Shown here: positions 27,257 through 38,465 of the stretch, in pieces
How the letters are laid out: each line of letters begins with the position of its first letter
Position numbering within the stretch: position 1 is the stretch's first letter
NCBI GenBank assembly: GCA_043228905.1
Contig: JBHGNT010000100.1
Coordinates: 26,645-90,644 of the forward strand
Direction: 5' to 3'
From: Azolla caroliniana
Taxonomy: Eukaryota > Plantae > Polypodiophyta
Length of the DNA stretch: 64,000 nt
Translations under genes and position numbers: made by a program
The notes under the pieces: generated by a model
What the model saw: the letters and a program-made list of their open reading frames with translations, nothing else
Database searches by the model: none
What the model was told of the DNA's origin: nothing

Positions 27257-30200
27257 CGATTCGCATGTTTGAACACAAAAATCCGATATCACACGAGCCA
27301 GGTATGAACATTTTAATTTACTCAAGGGCTTCTCTCAACTCACTCCTCAAATTTGGTAATTTCGTCATGTCTCGCGACCTGAGTTTCAAAATCTTGATTT
27401 TTTAACTCCATATCATAGGTAGCATTGTTAGCTTCGATTCGCATGTTTGAACACAAAAATCCGATATCACACGAGCCAGGTATGAACATTTTAATTTAAC
27501 TCATAGCTCTTCTTAACTCACTCCTCAAATTTGGTAATTTCGTCATGTCTCTCGACCTGAGTTTGAAAATCTTGATTTTTTAATTCCATATCATAGCTAG
27601 CGTTGTTAGCTTCGATTCGCATGTTTGAACACAAAATTCGGATATCACACGAGCCAGGTATGAACATTTTAATTTACTCAAGGGCTTCTCTCAACTCACT
27701 CCTCAAATTTGGTAATCTCATCATGTCTCTCGACCTGAGTTTGAAAATCTTGATATTTTAATTCCATATCATAGCTAGCGTTGTTAGCTTCGATTCGCAT
27801 GTTTGAACACAAAAATCCGATATCACACGAGCCAGGTATGAACATTTTAATTTAACTCATAGCTCTTCTTAACTCACTCCTCAAATTTAGTAATTTCGTC
27901 ATGTCTCTCGACCTGAGTTTGAAAATCTTGATTTTTTAATTCTATATCATAGCTAGCGTTGTTAGCTTCGATTCGCATGTTTGAACACAAAAATCCGATA
28001 TCACACGAGCCAGGTATGAACATTTTAATTTAACTCATAGCTCTTCTTAACTCACTCCTCAAATTTAGTAATTTCGTCATGTCTCTCGACCTGAGTTTGA
28101 AAATCTTGATTTTTTAATTCTATATCATAGCTAGCGTTGTTAGCTTCGATTCGCATGTTTGAACACAAAAATCCGATATCACACGAGCCAGGTATGAACA
28201 TTTTAATTTAACTCATAGCTCTTCTTAACTCACTCCTCAAATTTGGTATTTTCGTCATGTCTCTCGACCTGAGTTTCAAAATCTTGATTTTCTAATTCTA
28301 AATCACAGCTAGTGTTGTTAGCTTCGATTCGCTTGTTTGAACACAAAAATCCGATATCACACGAGCCAGGTATGAACATTTTAATTTACTCAAGGGCTTC
28401 TCTGAACTCACTCCTCAAATTTAGTAATCTCATCATGTCTCTCGACCTGAGTTTGAAAATCTTGATTTTTTAATTCCATATCATAGCTAGCGTTGTTAGC
28501 TTCGATTCGCATGTTTGAACACAAAATTCGGATATCACACGAGCCAGGTATGAACATTTTAATTTACTCAAGGGCTTCTCTCAACTCACTCCTCAAATTT
28601 GGTAATCTCATCATGTCTCTCGACCTGAGTTTGAAAATCTTGATATTTTAATTCCATATCATAGCTAGCGTTGTTAGCTTCGATTCGCATGTTTGAACAC
28701 AAAAATCCGATATCACACGAGCCAGGTATGAACATTTTAATTTAACTCATAGCTCTTCTTAACTCACTCCTCAAATTTAGTAATTTCGTCATGTCTCTCG
28801 ACCTGAGTTTGAAAATCTTGATTTTTTAATTCTATATCATAGCTAGCGTTGTTAGCTTCGATTCGCATGTTTGAACACAAAAATCCGATATCACACGAGC
28901 CAGGTATGAACATTTTAATTTAACTCATAGCTCTTCTTAACTCACTCCTCAAATTTGGTATTTTCGTCATGTCTCTCGACCTGAGTTTCAAAATCTTGAT
29001 TTTCTAATTCTAAATCACAGCTAGTGTTGTTAGCTTCGATTCGCTTGTTTGAACACAAAAATCCGATATCACACGAGCCAGGTATGAACATTTTAATTTA
29101 CTCAAGGGCTTCTCTGAACTCACTCCTCAAATTTAGTAATCTCATCATGTCTTTCGACCTGAGTTTCAAAATCTTGATTTTTTAATTCCATATCATAGCT
29201 AGCGTTGTTAGCTTCGATTCGCATGTTTGAACACAAAAATCCGATATCACACGAGCCAGGTATGAACATTTTAATTTAACTCATAGCTCTTCTTAACTCA
29301 CTCCTCAAATTTGGTAATTTCGTCATGCCTCTCGACCTGAGTTTGAAAATCTTGATTTTTTAATTCCATATCATAGCTAGCGTTGTTAGCTTCGATTCGC
29401 ATGTTTGAACACAAAAATCCGATATCACACGAGCCAGGTATGAACATTTTAATTTACTCAAGGGCTTCTCTCAACTCACTCCTCAAATTTGGTAATTTCG
29501 TCATATCTCGCGACCTGAGTTTCAAAATCTTGATTTTTTAACTCCATATCATAGCTAGCATTGTTAGCTTCGATTCGCATGTTTGAACACAAAAATCCGA
29601 TATCACACGAGCCAGGTATGAACATTTTAATTTAACTCATAGCTCTTCTTAACTCACTCCTCAAATTTGGTAATCTCATCATGTCTCTCGACCTGAGTTT
29701 AAAAATCTTGATTTTTTAATTCCATATCATAGCTAGCGTTTTTAGCTTCGATTCGCATGTTTGAACACAAAAATCCGATATCACACGAGCCAGGTATGAA
29801 CATTTTAATTTACTCAAGGGCTTCTCTCAACTCACTCCTCAAATTTGGTAATCTCATCATGTCTCTCGACTTGAGTTTGAAAATCTTGATTTTTTAATTC
29901 CATATCATAGCTAGCGTTGTTAGCTTCGATTCGCATGTTTGAACACAACAATCCGATCTCACACGAGCCAGGTATGAACATTTTAATTTACTCAAGGGCT
30001 TCTCTGAAATCACTCCTCAAATTTGGTAATCTCATCATGTCTTTCGACCTGAGTTTCAAAATCTTGATTTTTTAATTCCATATCATAGCTAGCGTTGTTA
30101 GCTTCGATTCGCATGTTTGAACACAAAAATCCGATATCACACGAGCCAGGTATGAACATTTTAATTTAACTCATAGCTCTTCTTAACTCACTCCACAAAT

Positions 30201-33200
30201 TTGGTAATTTCGTCATGTCTCTCGACCTGAGTTTGAAAATCTTGATTTTTTAATTCCATATCATAGCTAGCGTTGTTAGCTTCGATTCGCATGTTTGAAC
30301 ACAAAATTCGGATATCACACGAGCCAGGTATGAACATTTTAATTTACTCAAGGGCTTCTCTCAACTCACTCCTCAAATTTGGTAATCTCATCATGACTCT
30401 CGACCTGAGTTTGAAAATCTTGATTTTTTAATTCCATATCATAGCTAGCGTTGTTAGCTTCGATTCGCATGTTTGAACACAAAAATCCGATATCACACGA
30501 GCCAGGTATGAACATTTTAATTTAACTCATAGCTCTTCTTAACTCACTCCTCAAATTTGGTAATTTCGTCATGTCTCTCGACCTGAGTTTGAAAATCTTG
30601 ATTTTTTAATTCCATATCATAGCTAGCGTTGTTAGCTTCGATTCGCATGTTTGAACACAAAATTCGGATATCACACGAGCCAGGTATGAACATTTTAATT
30701 TACTCAAGGGCTTCTCTCAACTCACTCCTCAAATTTGGTAATTTCGTCATATCTCGCGACCTGAGTTTCAAAATCTTGATTTTCTAATTCTATATCACAG
30801 CTAGTGTTGTTAGCTTCGATTCGCTTGTTTGAACACAAAAATCCGATATCACACGAGCCAGGTATGAACATTTTAATTTACTCAAGGGCTTCTCTCAACT
30901 CACTCCTCAAATTTGGTAATCTCATCATGTCTCTCAACTTGAGTTTGAAAATCTTGATTTTTTAATTCCATATCATAGCTAGCGTTGTTAGCTTCGATTC
31001 GCATGTTTGAACACAAAAATCCGATATCACACGAGCCAGGTATGAACATTTTAATTTAACTCATAGCTCTTCTTAACTCACTCCTCAAATTTGGTATTTT
31101 CGTCATGTCCCTCGACCTGAGTTTCAAAATCTTGATTTTCTAATTCTATATCATCTCTAGCGTTGTTAGCTTCGATTCGCATGTTTGAACACAAAAATCC
31201 GATATCACACGAGCCAGGTATGTACATTTTAATTTACTCAAGGGCTTCTCTCAACTCACTCCTCAAATTTGGTAATTTCGTCATATCTCGCGACCTGAGT
31301 TTCAAAATCTTGATTTTCTAATTCTATATCACAGCTAGTGTTGTTAGCTTCGATTCGCTTGTTTGAACACAAAAATCCGATATCACACGAGCCAGGTATG
31401 AACATTTTAATTTACTCAAGGGCTTCTCTCAACTCACTCCTCAAATTTGGTAATCTCATCATGTCTCTCGACTTGAGTTTGAAAATCTTGATTTTTTAAT
31501 TCCATATCATAGCTAGCGTTGTTAGCTTCGATTCGCATGTTTGAACACAAAAATCCGATATCACACGAGCCAGGTATGAACATTTTAATTTACTCAAGGG
31601 CTTCTCTGAACTCACTCCTCAAATTTGGTAATCTCATCATGTCTTTCGACCTGAGTTTCAAAATCTTGATTTTTTAATTCCATATCATAGCTAGCGTTGT
31701 TAGCTTCGATTCGCATGTTTGAACACAAAAATCCGATATCACACGAGCCAGGTATGAACATTTTAATTTAACTCATAGCTCTTCTTAACTCACTCCTCAA
31801 ATTTGGTATTTTCGTCATGTCTCTCGACCTGAGTTTCAAAATCTTGATTTTCTAATTCTATATCACAGCTAGTGTTGTTAGCTTCGATTCGCTTGTTTGA
31901 ACACAAAAATCCGATATCACACGAGCCAGGTATGAACATTTTAATTTACTCAAGGGCTTCTCTCAACTCACTCCTCAAATTTGGTAATCTCATCATGTCT
32001 CTCGACCTGAGTTTGAAAATCTTGATTTTTTAATTCCATATCATAGCTAGCGTTGTTAGCTTCGATTCGCATGTTTGAACACAAAAATCCGATATCACAC
32101 GAGCCAGGTATGACCATTTTAATTTAACTCATAGCTCTTCTTAACTCACTCCTCAAATTTGGTAATTTCGTCATGTCTCTCGACCTGAGTTTGAAAATCT
32201 TGATTTTTTAGTTCTATATGATAGCTAGCGTTGTTAGCTTCGATTCGCATGTTTGAACACAAAATTCGGATATCACACGAGCCAGGTATGAACATTTTAA
32301 TTTACTCAAGGGCTTCTCTGAACTCACTCCTCAAATTTGGTAATCTCATCATGTCTCTCGACCTGAGTTTGAAAATCGTGATTTTTTAACTCCATATCAT
32401 AGCTAGCGTTGTTAGCTTCGATTCGCATGTTTGAACACAAAAATCCGATATCACAAGAGCCAGGTATGAACATTCTAATTTACTCAAGGGCTTCTCTCAA
32501 CTCACTCCTCAAATTTGGTAATTTCGTCATGTCTCGCGACCTGAGTTTGAAAATCTTGATTTTTTAATTCCATATCATAGCTAGCGTTGTTAGCTTCGAT
32601 TCGCATGTTTGAACACAAAAATCCGATATCACACGAGCCAGGTATGAACATTTTAATTTACTCAAGGGCTTCTCTGAACTCACTCCTCAAATTTGGTAAT
32701 CTCATCATGTCTTTCGACCTGAGTTTCAAAATCTTGATTTTTTAATTCCATATCATAGCTAGCGTTGTTAGCTTCGATTCGCATGTTTGAACACAAAAAT
32801 CCGATATCACACGAGCCAGGTATGAACATTTTAATTTAACTCATAGCTCTTCTTAACTCACTCCTCAAATTTAGTAATTTCGTCATGTCTCTCGACCTGA
32901 GTTTGAAAATCTTGATTTTTTAATTCCATATCATAGCTAGCGTTGTTAGCTTCGATTCGCATGTTTGAACACAAAATTCGGATATCACACGAGCCAGGTA
33001 TGAACATTTTAATTTACTCAAGGGCTTCTCTCAACTCACTCCTCAAATTTGGTAATCTCATCATGTCTCTCGACCTGAGTTTGAAAATCTTGATTTTTTA
33101 ATTCCATATCATAGCTAGCGTTGTTAGCTTCGATTCGCATGTTTGAACACAAAAATCCGATATCACACGAGCCAGGTATGAACATTTTAATTTAACTCAT

Positions 33201-36200
33201 AGCTCTTCTTAACTCACTCCTCAAATTTAGTAATTTCGTCATGTCTCTCGACCTGAGTTTGAAAATCTTGATTTTTTAATTCTATATCATAGCTAGCGTT
33301 GTTAGCTTCGATTCGCATGTTTGAACACAAAAATCCGATATCACACGAGCCAGGTATGAACATTTTAATTTACTCAAGGGCTTCTCTGAACTCACTCCTC
33401 AAATTTGGTAATCTCATCATGTCTTTCGACCTGAGTTTCAAAATCTTGATTTTTTAATTCCATATCATAGCTAGCGTTGTTAGCTTCGATTCGCATGTTT
33501 GAACACAAAAATCCGATATCACACGAGCCAGGTATGAACATTTTAATTTACTCAAGGGCTTCTCTCAACTCACTCCTCAAATTTGGTAATTTCGTCATAT
33601 CTCGCGACCTGAGTTTCAAAATCTTGATTTTCTAATTCTATATCACAGCTAGTGTTGTTAGCTTCGATTCGGTTGTTTGAACACAAAAATCCGATATCAC
33701 ACGAGCCAGGTATGAACATTTTAATTTACTCAAGGGCTTCTCTCAACTCACTCCTCAAATTTGGTAATCTCATCATGTCTCTCGACTTGAGTTTGAAAAT
33801 CTTGATTTTTTAATTCCATATCATAGCTAGCGTTGTTAGCTTCGATTCGCATGTTTGAACACAAAAATCCGATATCACACGAGCCAGGTATGAACATTTT
33901 AATTTACTCAAGGGCTTCTCTGAACTCACTCCTCAAATTTGGTAATCTCATCATGTCTTTCGACCTGAGTTTCAAAATCTTGATTTTTTAATTCCATATC
34001 ATAGCTAGCGTTGTTAGCTTCGATTCGCATGTTTGAACACAAAAATCCGATATCACACGAGCCAGGTATGAACATTTTAATTTACTCAAGGGCTTCTCTC
34101 AACTCACTCCTCAAATTTGGTAATTTCGTCATATCTCGCGACCTGAGTTTCAAAATCTTGATTTTCTAATTCTATATCACAGCTAGTGTTGTTAGCTTCG
34201 ATTCGCTTGTTTGAACACAAAAATCCGATATCACACGAGCCAGGTATGAACATTTTAATTTACTCAAGGGCTTCTCTCAACTCACTCCTCAAATTTGGTA
34301 ATCTCATCATGTCTCTCGACTTGAGTTTGAAAATCTTGATTTTTTAATTCCATATCATAGCTAGCGTTGTTAGCTTCGATTCGCATGTTTGAACACAAAA
34401 ATCCGATATCACACGAGCCAGGTATGAACATTTTAATTTACTCAAGGGCTTCTCTGAACTCACTCCTCAAATTTGGTAATCTCATCATGTCTTTCGACCT
34501 GAGTTTCAAAATCTTGATTTTTTAACTCCATATCATAGCTAGCATTGTTAGCTTCGATTCGCATGTTTGAACACGAAAATCCGATATCACACGAGCCAGG
34601 TATGAACATTTTAATTTAACTCATAGCTCTTCTTAACTCACTCCTCAAATTTGGTATTTTCGTCATGTCTCTCGACCTGAGTTTCAAAATCTTGATTTTC
34701 TAATTCTATATCACAGCTAGTGTTGTTAGCTTCGATTCGCTTGTTTGAACACAAAAATCCGATATCACACGAGCCAGGTATGAACATTTTAATTTACTCA
34801 AGGGCTTCTCTCAACTCACTCCTCAAATTTGGTAATCTCATCATGTCTCTCGACCTGAGTTTGAAAATCTTGATTTTTTAATTCCATATCATAGCTAGCG
34901 TTGTTAGCTTCGATTCGCATGTTTGAACACAAAAATCCGATATCACACGAGCCAGGTATGAACATTTTAATTTAACTCATAGCTCTTCTTAACTCACTCC
35001 TCAAATTTAGTAATTTCGTCATGTCTCTCGACCTGAGTTTGAAAATCTTGATTTTTTAATTCCATATCATAGCTAGCGTTGTTAGCTTCGATTCGCATGT
35101 TTGAACACAAAATTCGGATATCACACGAGCCAGGTATGAACATTTTAATTTACTCAAGGGCTTCTCTCAACTCACTCCTCAAATTTGGTAATCTCATCAT
35201 GTCTCTCGACCTGAGTTTGAAAATCTTGATTTTTTAATTCCATATCATAGCTAGCGTTGTTAGCTTCGATTCGCATGTTTGAACACAAAAATCCGATATC
35301 ACACGAGCCAGGTATGAACATTTTAATTTAACTCATAGCTCTTCTTAACTCACTCCTCAAATTTAGTAATTTCGTCATGTCTCTCGACCTGAGTTTGAAA
35401 ATCTTGATTTTTTAATTCTATATCATAGCTAGCGTTGTTAGCTTCGATTCGCATGTTTGAACACAAAAATCCGATATCACACGAGCCAGGTATGAACATT
35501 TTAATTTACTCAAGGGCTTCTCTGAACTCACTCCTCAAATTTGGTAATCTCATCATGTCTTTCGACCTGAGTTTCAAAATCTTGATTTTTTAATTCCATA
35601 TCATAGCTAGCGTTGTTAGCTTCGATTCGCATGTTTGAACACAAAAATCCGATATCACACGAGCCAGGTATGAACATTTTAATTTACTCAAGGGCTTCTC
35701 TCAACTCACTCCTCAAATTTGGTAATTTCGTCATATCTCGCGACCTGAGTTTCAAAATCTTGATTTTTTAACTCCATATCATAGCTAGCATTGTTAGCTT
35801 CGATTCGCATGTTTGAACACGAAAATCCGATATCACACGAGCCAGGTATGAACATTTTAATTTAACTCATAGCTCTTCTTAACTCACTCCTCAAATTTGG
35901 TATTTTCGTCATGTCTCTCGACCTGAGTTTCAAAATCTTGATTTTCTAATTCTATATCACAGCTAGTGTTGTTAGCTTCGATTCGCTTGTTTGAACACAA
36001 AAATCCGATATCACACGAGCCAGGTATGAACATTTTAATTAACTCAAGGGCTTCTCTCAACTCACTCCTCAAATTTGGTAATCTCATCATGTCTCTCGAC
36101 CTGAGTTTCAAAATCTTGATTTTTTAATTCCATATCATAGCTAGCGTTGTTAGCTTCGATTCGCATGTTTGAACACAAAAATCCGATATCACACGAGCCA

Positions 36201-36742
36201 GGTATGAACATTTTAATTTACTCAAGGGCTTCTCTGAACTCACTCCTCAAATTTGGTAATCTCATCATGTATTTCGACCTGAGTTTCAAAATCTTGATTT
36301 TTTAATTCCATATCATAGCTAGCGTTGTTAGCTTCGATTCGCATGTTTGAACACAAAAATCCGATATCACACGAGCCAGGTATGAACATTTTAATTTACT
36401 CAAGGGCTTCTCTCAACTCACTCCTCAAATTTGGTAATTTCGTCATGTCTCGCGACCTGAGTTTCAAAATCTTGATTTTTTAACTCCATATCATAGCTAG
36501 CATTGTTAGCTTCGATTCGCATGTTTGAACACAAAAATCCGATATCACACGAGCCAAGTATGAACATTTTAATTTACTCAAGGGCTTCTCTCAACTCACT
36601 CCTCAATTTTGGTAATTTCGTCATGTCATATCATAGCTAGCATTGTTAGCTTCGATTCGCATGTTTGAACACAAAAATCCGATATCACACGAGCCAGGTA
36701 TGAACATTTTAATTTAACTCATAGCTCTTCTTAACTCACTCC
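27257..36742 (+). repeat. 178-bp satellite array, subfamily B (left of retrotransposon)
   Basis: B-type monomers with two recurring variants, TTACTCAAGGGCTTCTCTCAAC and TTAACTCATAGCTCTTCTTAAC. One monomer has a 38-bp deletion at 36627/36628. Confidence 0.97.
36738..36742 (+). other. Left target-site duplication (ACTCC)
   Basis: ACTCC immediately precedes TGTCA at 36743 and is repeated at 42507-42511. Removing the element and one TSD restores an intact monomer. Confidence 0.96.
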
Positions 36743-36813
36743 TGTCATAACTAGACTCGAACCCATAACCTTTTGTTACACGGGTCGAGACTTTACCATT
36801 AGGTTATGAATTG
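36743..36813 (-). promoter_or_regulatory. tRNA-like Pol III type-2 promoter cassette in the 5' LTR (antisense)
   Basis: On the minus strand, A-box-like TAACCTAATGG (36806-36796) and B box GGTTCGAGTCT (36763-36753) lie at canonical tRNA spacing. Confidence 0.6.
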
Positions 36814-36865
36814 TAATTTGAAGGATATTATTTTCATTTAGGTTTTATTGGGAAATTGATGTATA

Positions 36866-36913
36866 TTCCAGATTTCTCTGGAACATTCTAGAAACTTCAG
36901 GAGTATTCCTGAA
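36866..36913 (+). promoter_or_regulatory. Heat-shock-element array (alternating nGAAn/nTTCn) in 5' LTR U3
   Basis: TTCcaGATttCTCtgGAAcaTTCtaGAAacTTCagGAGtaTTCctGAA gives ten 5-bp units in register, seven of them perfect and four consecutive perfect. It ends 5 nt before the TATA position. Confidence 0.75.
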
Positions 36914-36918
36914 GACAC

Positions 36919-36925
36919 TGTAAAA
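36919..36925 (+). promoter_or_regulatory. TATA box position of the 5' LTR (variant TGTAAAA)
   Basis: The equivalent site in the 3' LTR is TATAAAA (42218-42224). It lies 33 nt upstream of the self-primer sequence. Confidence 0.7.
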
Positions 36926-36951
36926 GGAGGCGCAAGGCATTAGTTCGAACC

Positions 36952-36963
36952 AAATCGGTTCAA
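36952..36963 (+). other. Putative self-primer at the transcript 5' end (AAATCGGTTCAA)
   Basis: Exact reverse complement of 37210-37221, located at the expected start site downstream of the TATA box. Confidence 0.8.
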
Positions 36964-37032
36964 CGCCAGTCTTAAGCCTTCTAACTACTGTTGTATATCT
37001 TCCGTCATATAATACATATATCTTTCGCATCA

Positions 37033-37036
<4 letters not shown>

Positions 37037-37074
<38 letters not shown>
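37037..37074 (+). repeat. (TC)19 microsatellite in the 5' LTR
   Basis: 38-nt perfect dinucleotide run; the same length in the 3' LTR (42336-42373). Confidence 0.95.
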
Positions 37075-37078
<4 letters not shown>

Positions 37079-37108
37079 ATTCCTTCTCTCAAAGTTCGAC
37101 ACCTCTCA

Positions 37109-37175
37109 TAGTACTAATCGTTCTCTGTCTTAGTACTATTCCCCAACAATAGTACTAATCCTTCTTTTAGTACTA
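37109..37175. repeat. Four TAGTACTA palindromes in the LTR 3' part
   Basis: Copies start at 37109, 37131, 37150 and 37168. Confidence 0.9.
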
Positions 37176-37209
37176 ATTCCTTCTCTGCCTTAATAGAGTT
37201 CCTGACAGT

Positions 37210-37221
37210 TTGAACCGATTT
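37210..37221 (+). other. Primer-binding site, self-priming type (TTGAACCGATTT)
   Basis: Starts 2 nt after the LTR end, lacks the TGG of tRNA-primed sites and is complementary to LTR 36952-36963. Confidence 0.8.
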
Positions 37222-37295
37222 TGACTACTAGTCTCCCTCTTCCTTCTGTCTCCCTCCTTTCCTACTAGTCTCTTATTTCCCTTTTCCTTCATCCC

Positions 37296-38465
37296 ATGGC
37301 CACCGTTAGCGCTGAAGAGTATCAATCCGTTTTCTCGGAATTTCAATGCTTGAAAGAGAAGTTTCATGCTTTGGAACAAGAAAATCAACGCTTGTTGGGG
37401 GATCTTCAGCAAATTTCCTTAGAAAAGCAGCAAACGCAACAACAGCATGGGGAACTTGCGTTACGCGTGCAACAACTCGAAGCAACCATCGTAGCAATGC
37501 AACAACAAGGGCACGGAGCACAAGGGATTCATAAAGAACCCAAGATTGGCCTTCCCACGAAGTTCGATGGAACGCGATCGCAGTTTAGAGGGTTTCTTAA
37601 CCAGGTACGGTTAGTTATTCAAATGCATCCGTCCCGATATCCCACCGATGCATCACGAGTGGGTTTAGTAGGCACGTTGTTAAATGGCTCAGCATTAGCA
37701 TGGTTCGCTCCGCTACTAGAAAAGGAATCTCCAGTACTAAATAATTTTGAAGAATTCATAAGTGAGTTTAAAGCATGTTTTGGAGATACTGACAGCATAA
37801 GGACTGCAATCAACAAAATCCGGCGATTACGCCAAGGTGACCGTCCAGCCTCCGCATATGCTGCAGATTTCCGCCTACTCGCCGCCGATATCCCCTGGGA
37901 TGATCAAGCATTGATGGAGCAGTTCCGCTATGGTCTACGCAACGATGTCAAGGATTTACTCTTGACTTTCCCTGAAGAGCCAAAATCATTAACAGAAGCA
38001 ATCAGTCGAGCGGTCAGATGTGACAACCGCCTCTTCGAGCGACGTTCGGAACGACAATTTCAGATGCCGAGGGCAAGATCCGAGCCTACCTATGCCTCAG
38101 TGGTAGCGAAACCTTTTCAAAGGGAGTCACATAATGCGCCTCCAGTAAGTACTCCAACTCCAATGGAAATTGACACTACACGTCGTCGTGGGCCGCTATC
38201 GGAGGAGGAAAAGCAACGACGCCGAACAAACCGATTATGCCTTTATTGCGGTGGACCAGGGCATATCGCGATAAACTATCCCCATAGACCAAGAAGGCAG
38301 GTAAACCAAGTCATTGTTAGTTCTGACTATACTAAACCCGAGTCTATTTCAGTAGGAATCTCTGATAATCCTCATAGTCATAATAGTCCTAATAGTACTA
38401 ATAGTCCGAATCTCGCAAACAAATTTGATGTCCTTAGCCAATTAGAAGAAGAGTTAAACGACTAA
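37296..38465 (+). CDS. gag: Gag protein, 389 aa (coiled-coil N-terminus, retrotransposon capsid domain, degenerate zinc knuckle)
   Basis: Motifs PTKFDGTRSQFRGFL, LRQGDRPASAYAADF, FRYGL, PMEID and CLYCGGPGHIAINY are typical of chromovirus/PEG10-like Gag. Confidence 0.95.
   Translation: MATVSAEEYQSVFSEFQCLKEKFHALEQENQRLLGDLQQISLEKQQTQQQHGELALRVQQLEATIVAMQQQGHGAQGIHKEPKIGLPTKFDGTRSQFRGFLNQVRLVIQMHPSRYPTDASRVGLVGTLLNGSALAWFAPLLEKESPVLNNFEEFISEFKACFGDTDSIRTAINKIRRLRQGDRPASAYAADFRLLAADIPWDDQALMEQFRYGLRNDVKDLLLTFPEEPKSLTEAISRAVRCDNRLFERRSERQFQMPRARSEPTYASVVAKPFQRESHNAPPVSTPTPMEIDTTRRRGPLSEEEKQRRRTNRLCLYCGGPGHIAINYPHRPRRQVNQVIVSSDYTKPESISVGISDNPHSHNSPNSTNSPNLANKFDVLSQLEEELND

Larger units (their letters stand above)
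22860..28030 (+). repeat. Tandem duplication, period 2839 bp (16 monomers), spanning the A/B subfamily junction
   Basis: ORFs 23171/26010 through 24240/27079 are offset by 2839 (16x178-10+1). The 10-bp-deletion junction GCTTGCG|CGATTCGCATG occurs at 24417 and at 27256. Ends approximate. Confidence 0.88.
36743..37207 (+). repeat. 5' LTR (465 bp)
   Basis: Direct repeat of 42042-42506 (offset 5299). Five substitutions seen, at 36753, 36920, 36941, 37098 and 37120. Confidence 0.97.

Noticed and set aside
363-27405. Dozens of 60-108 aa ORFs (MLASIRIFEHRN...) in the satellite
   Set aside because: They are translations of the 178-bp monomer, mostly from TTG starts. They shift frame every monomer and nearly vanish in subfamily B, where a TAA is common. 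There is no sign of coding function.
1-36742. CRISPR-like regular repeat array
   Set aside because: The whole monomer repeats, with no unique spacers and no cas genes. The context is eukaryotic.
36845-37036. Antisense 63-aa ORF in both LTRs (also 42144-42335) and other short ORFs overlapping gag/pol
   Set aside because: They are short, have no recognisable motifs, and are duplicated only because the LTR is. They are expected by-products of the main frames.
37208-37225. tRNA-Met or other tRNA primer-binding site
   Set aside because: There is no TGG complementary to CCA, and the site is explained by complementarity to the element's own LTR.
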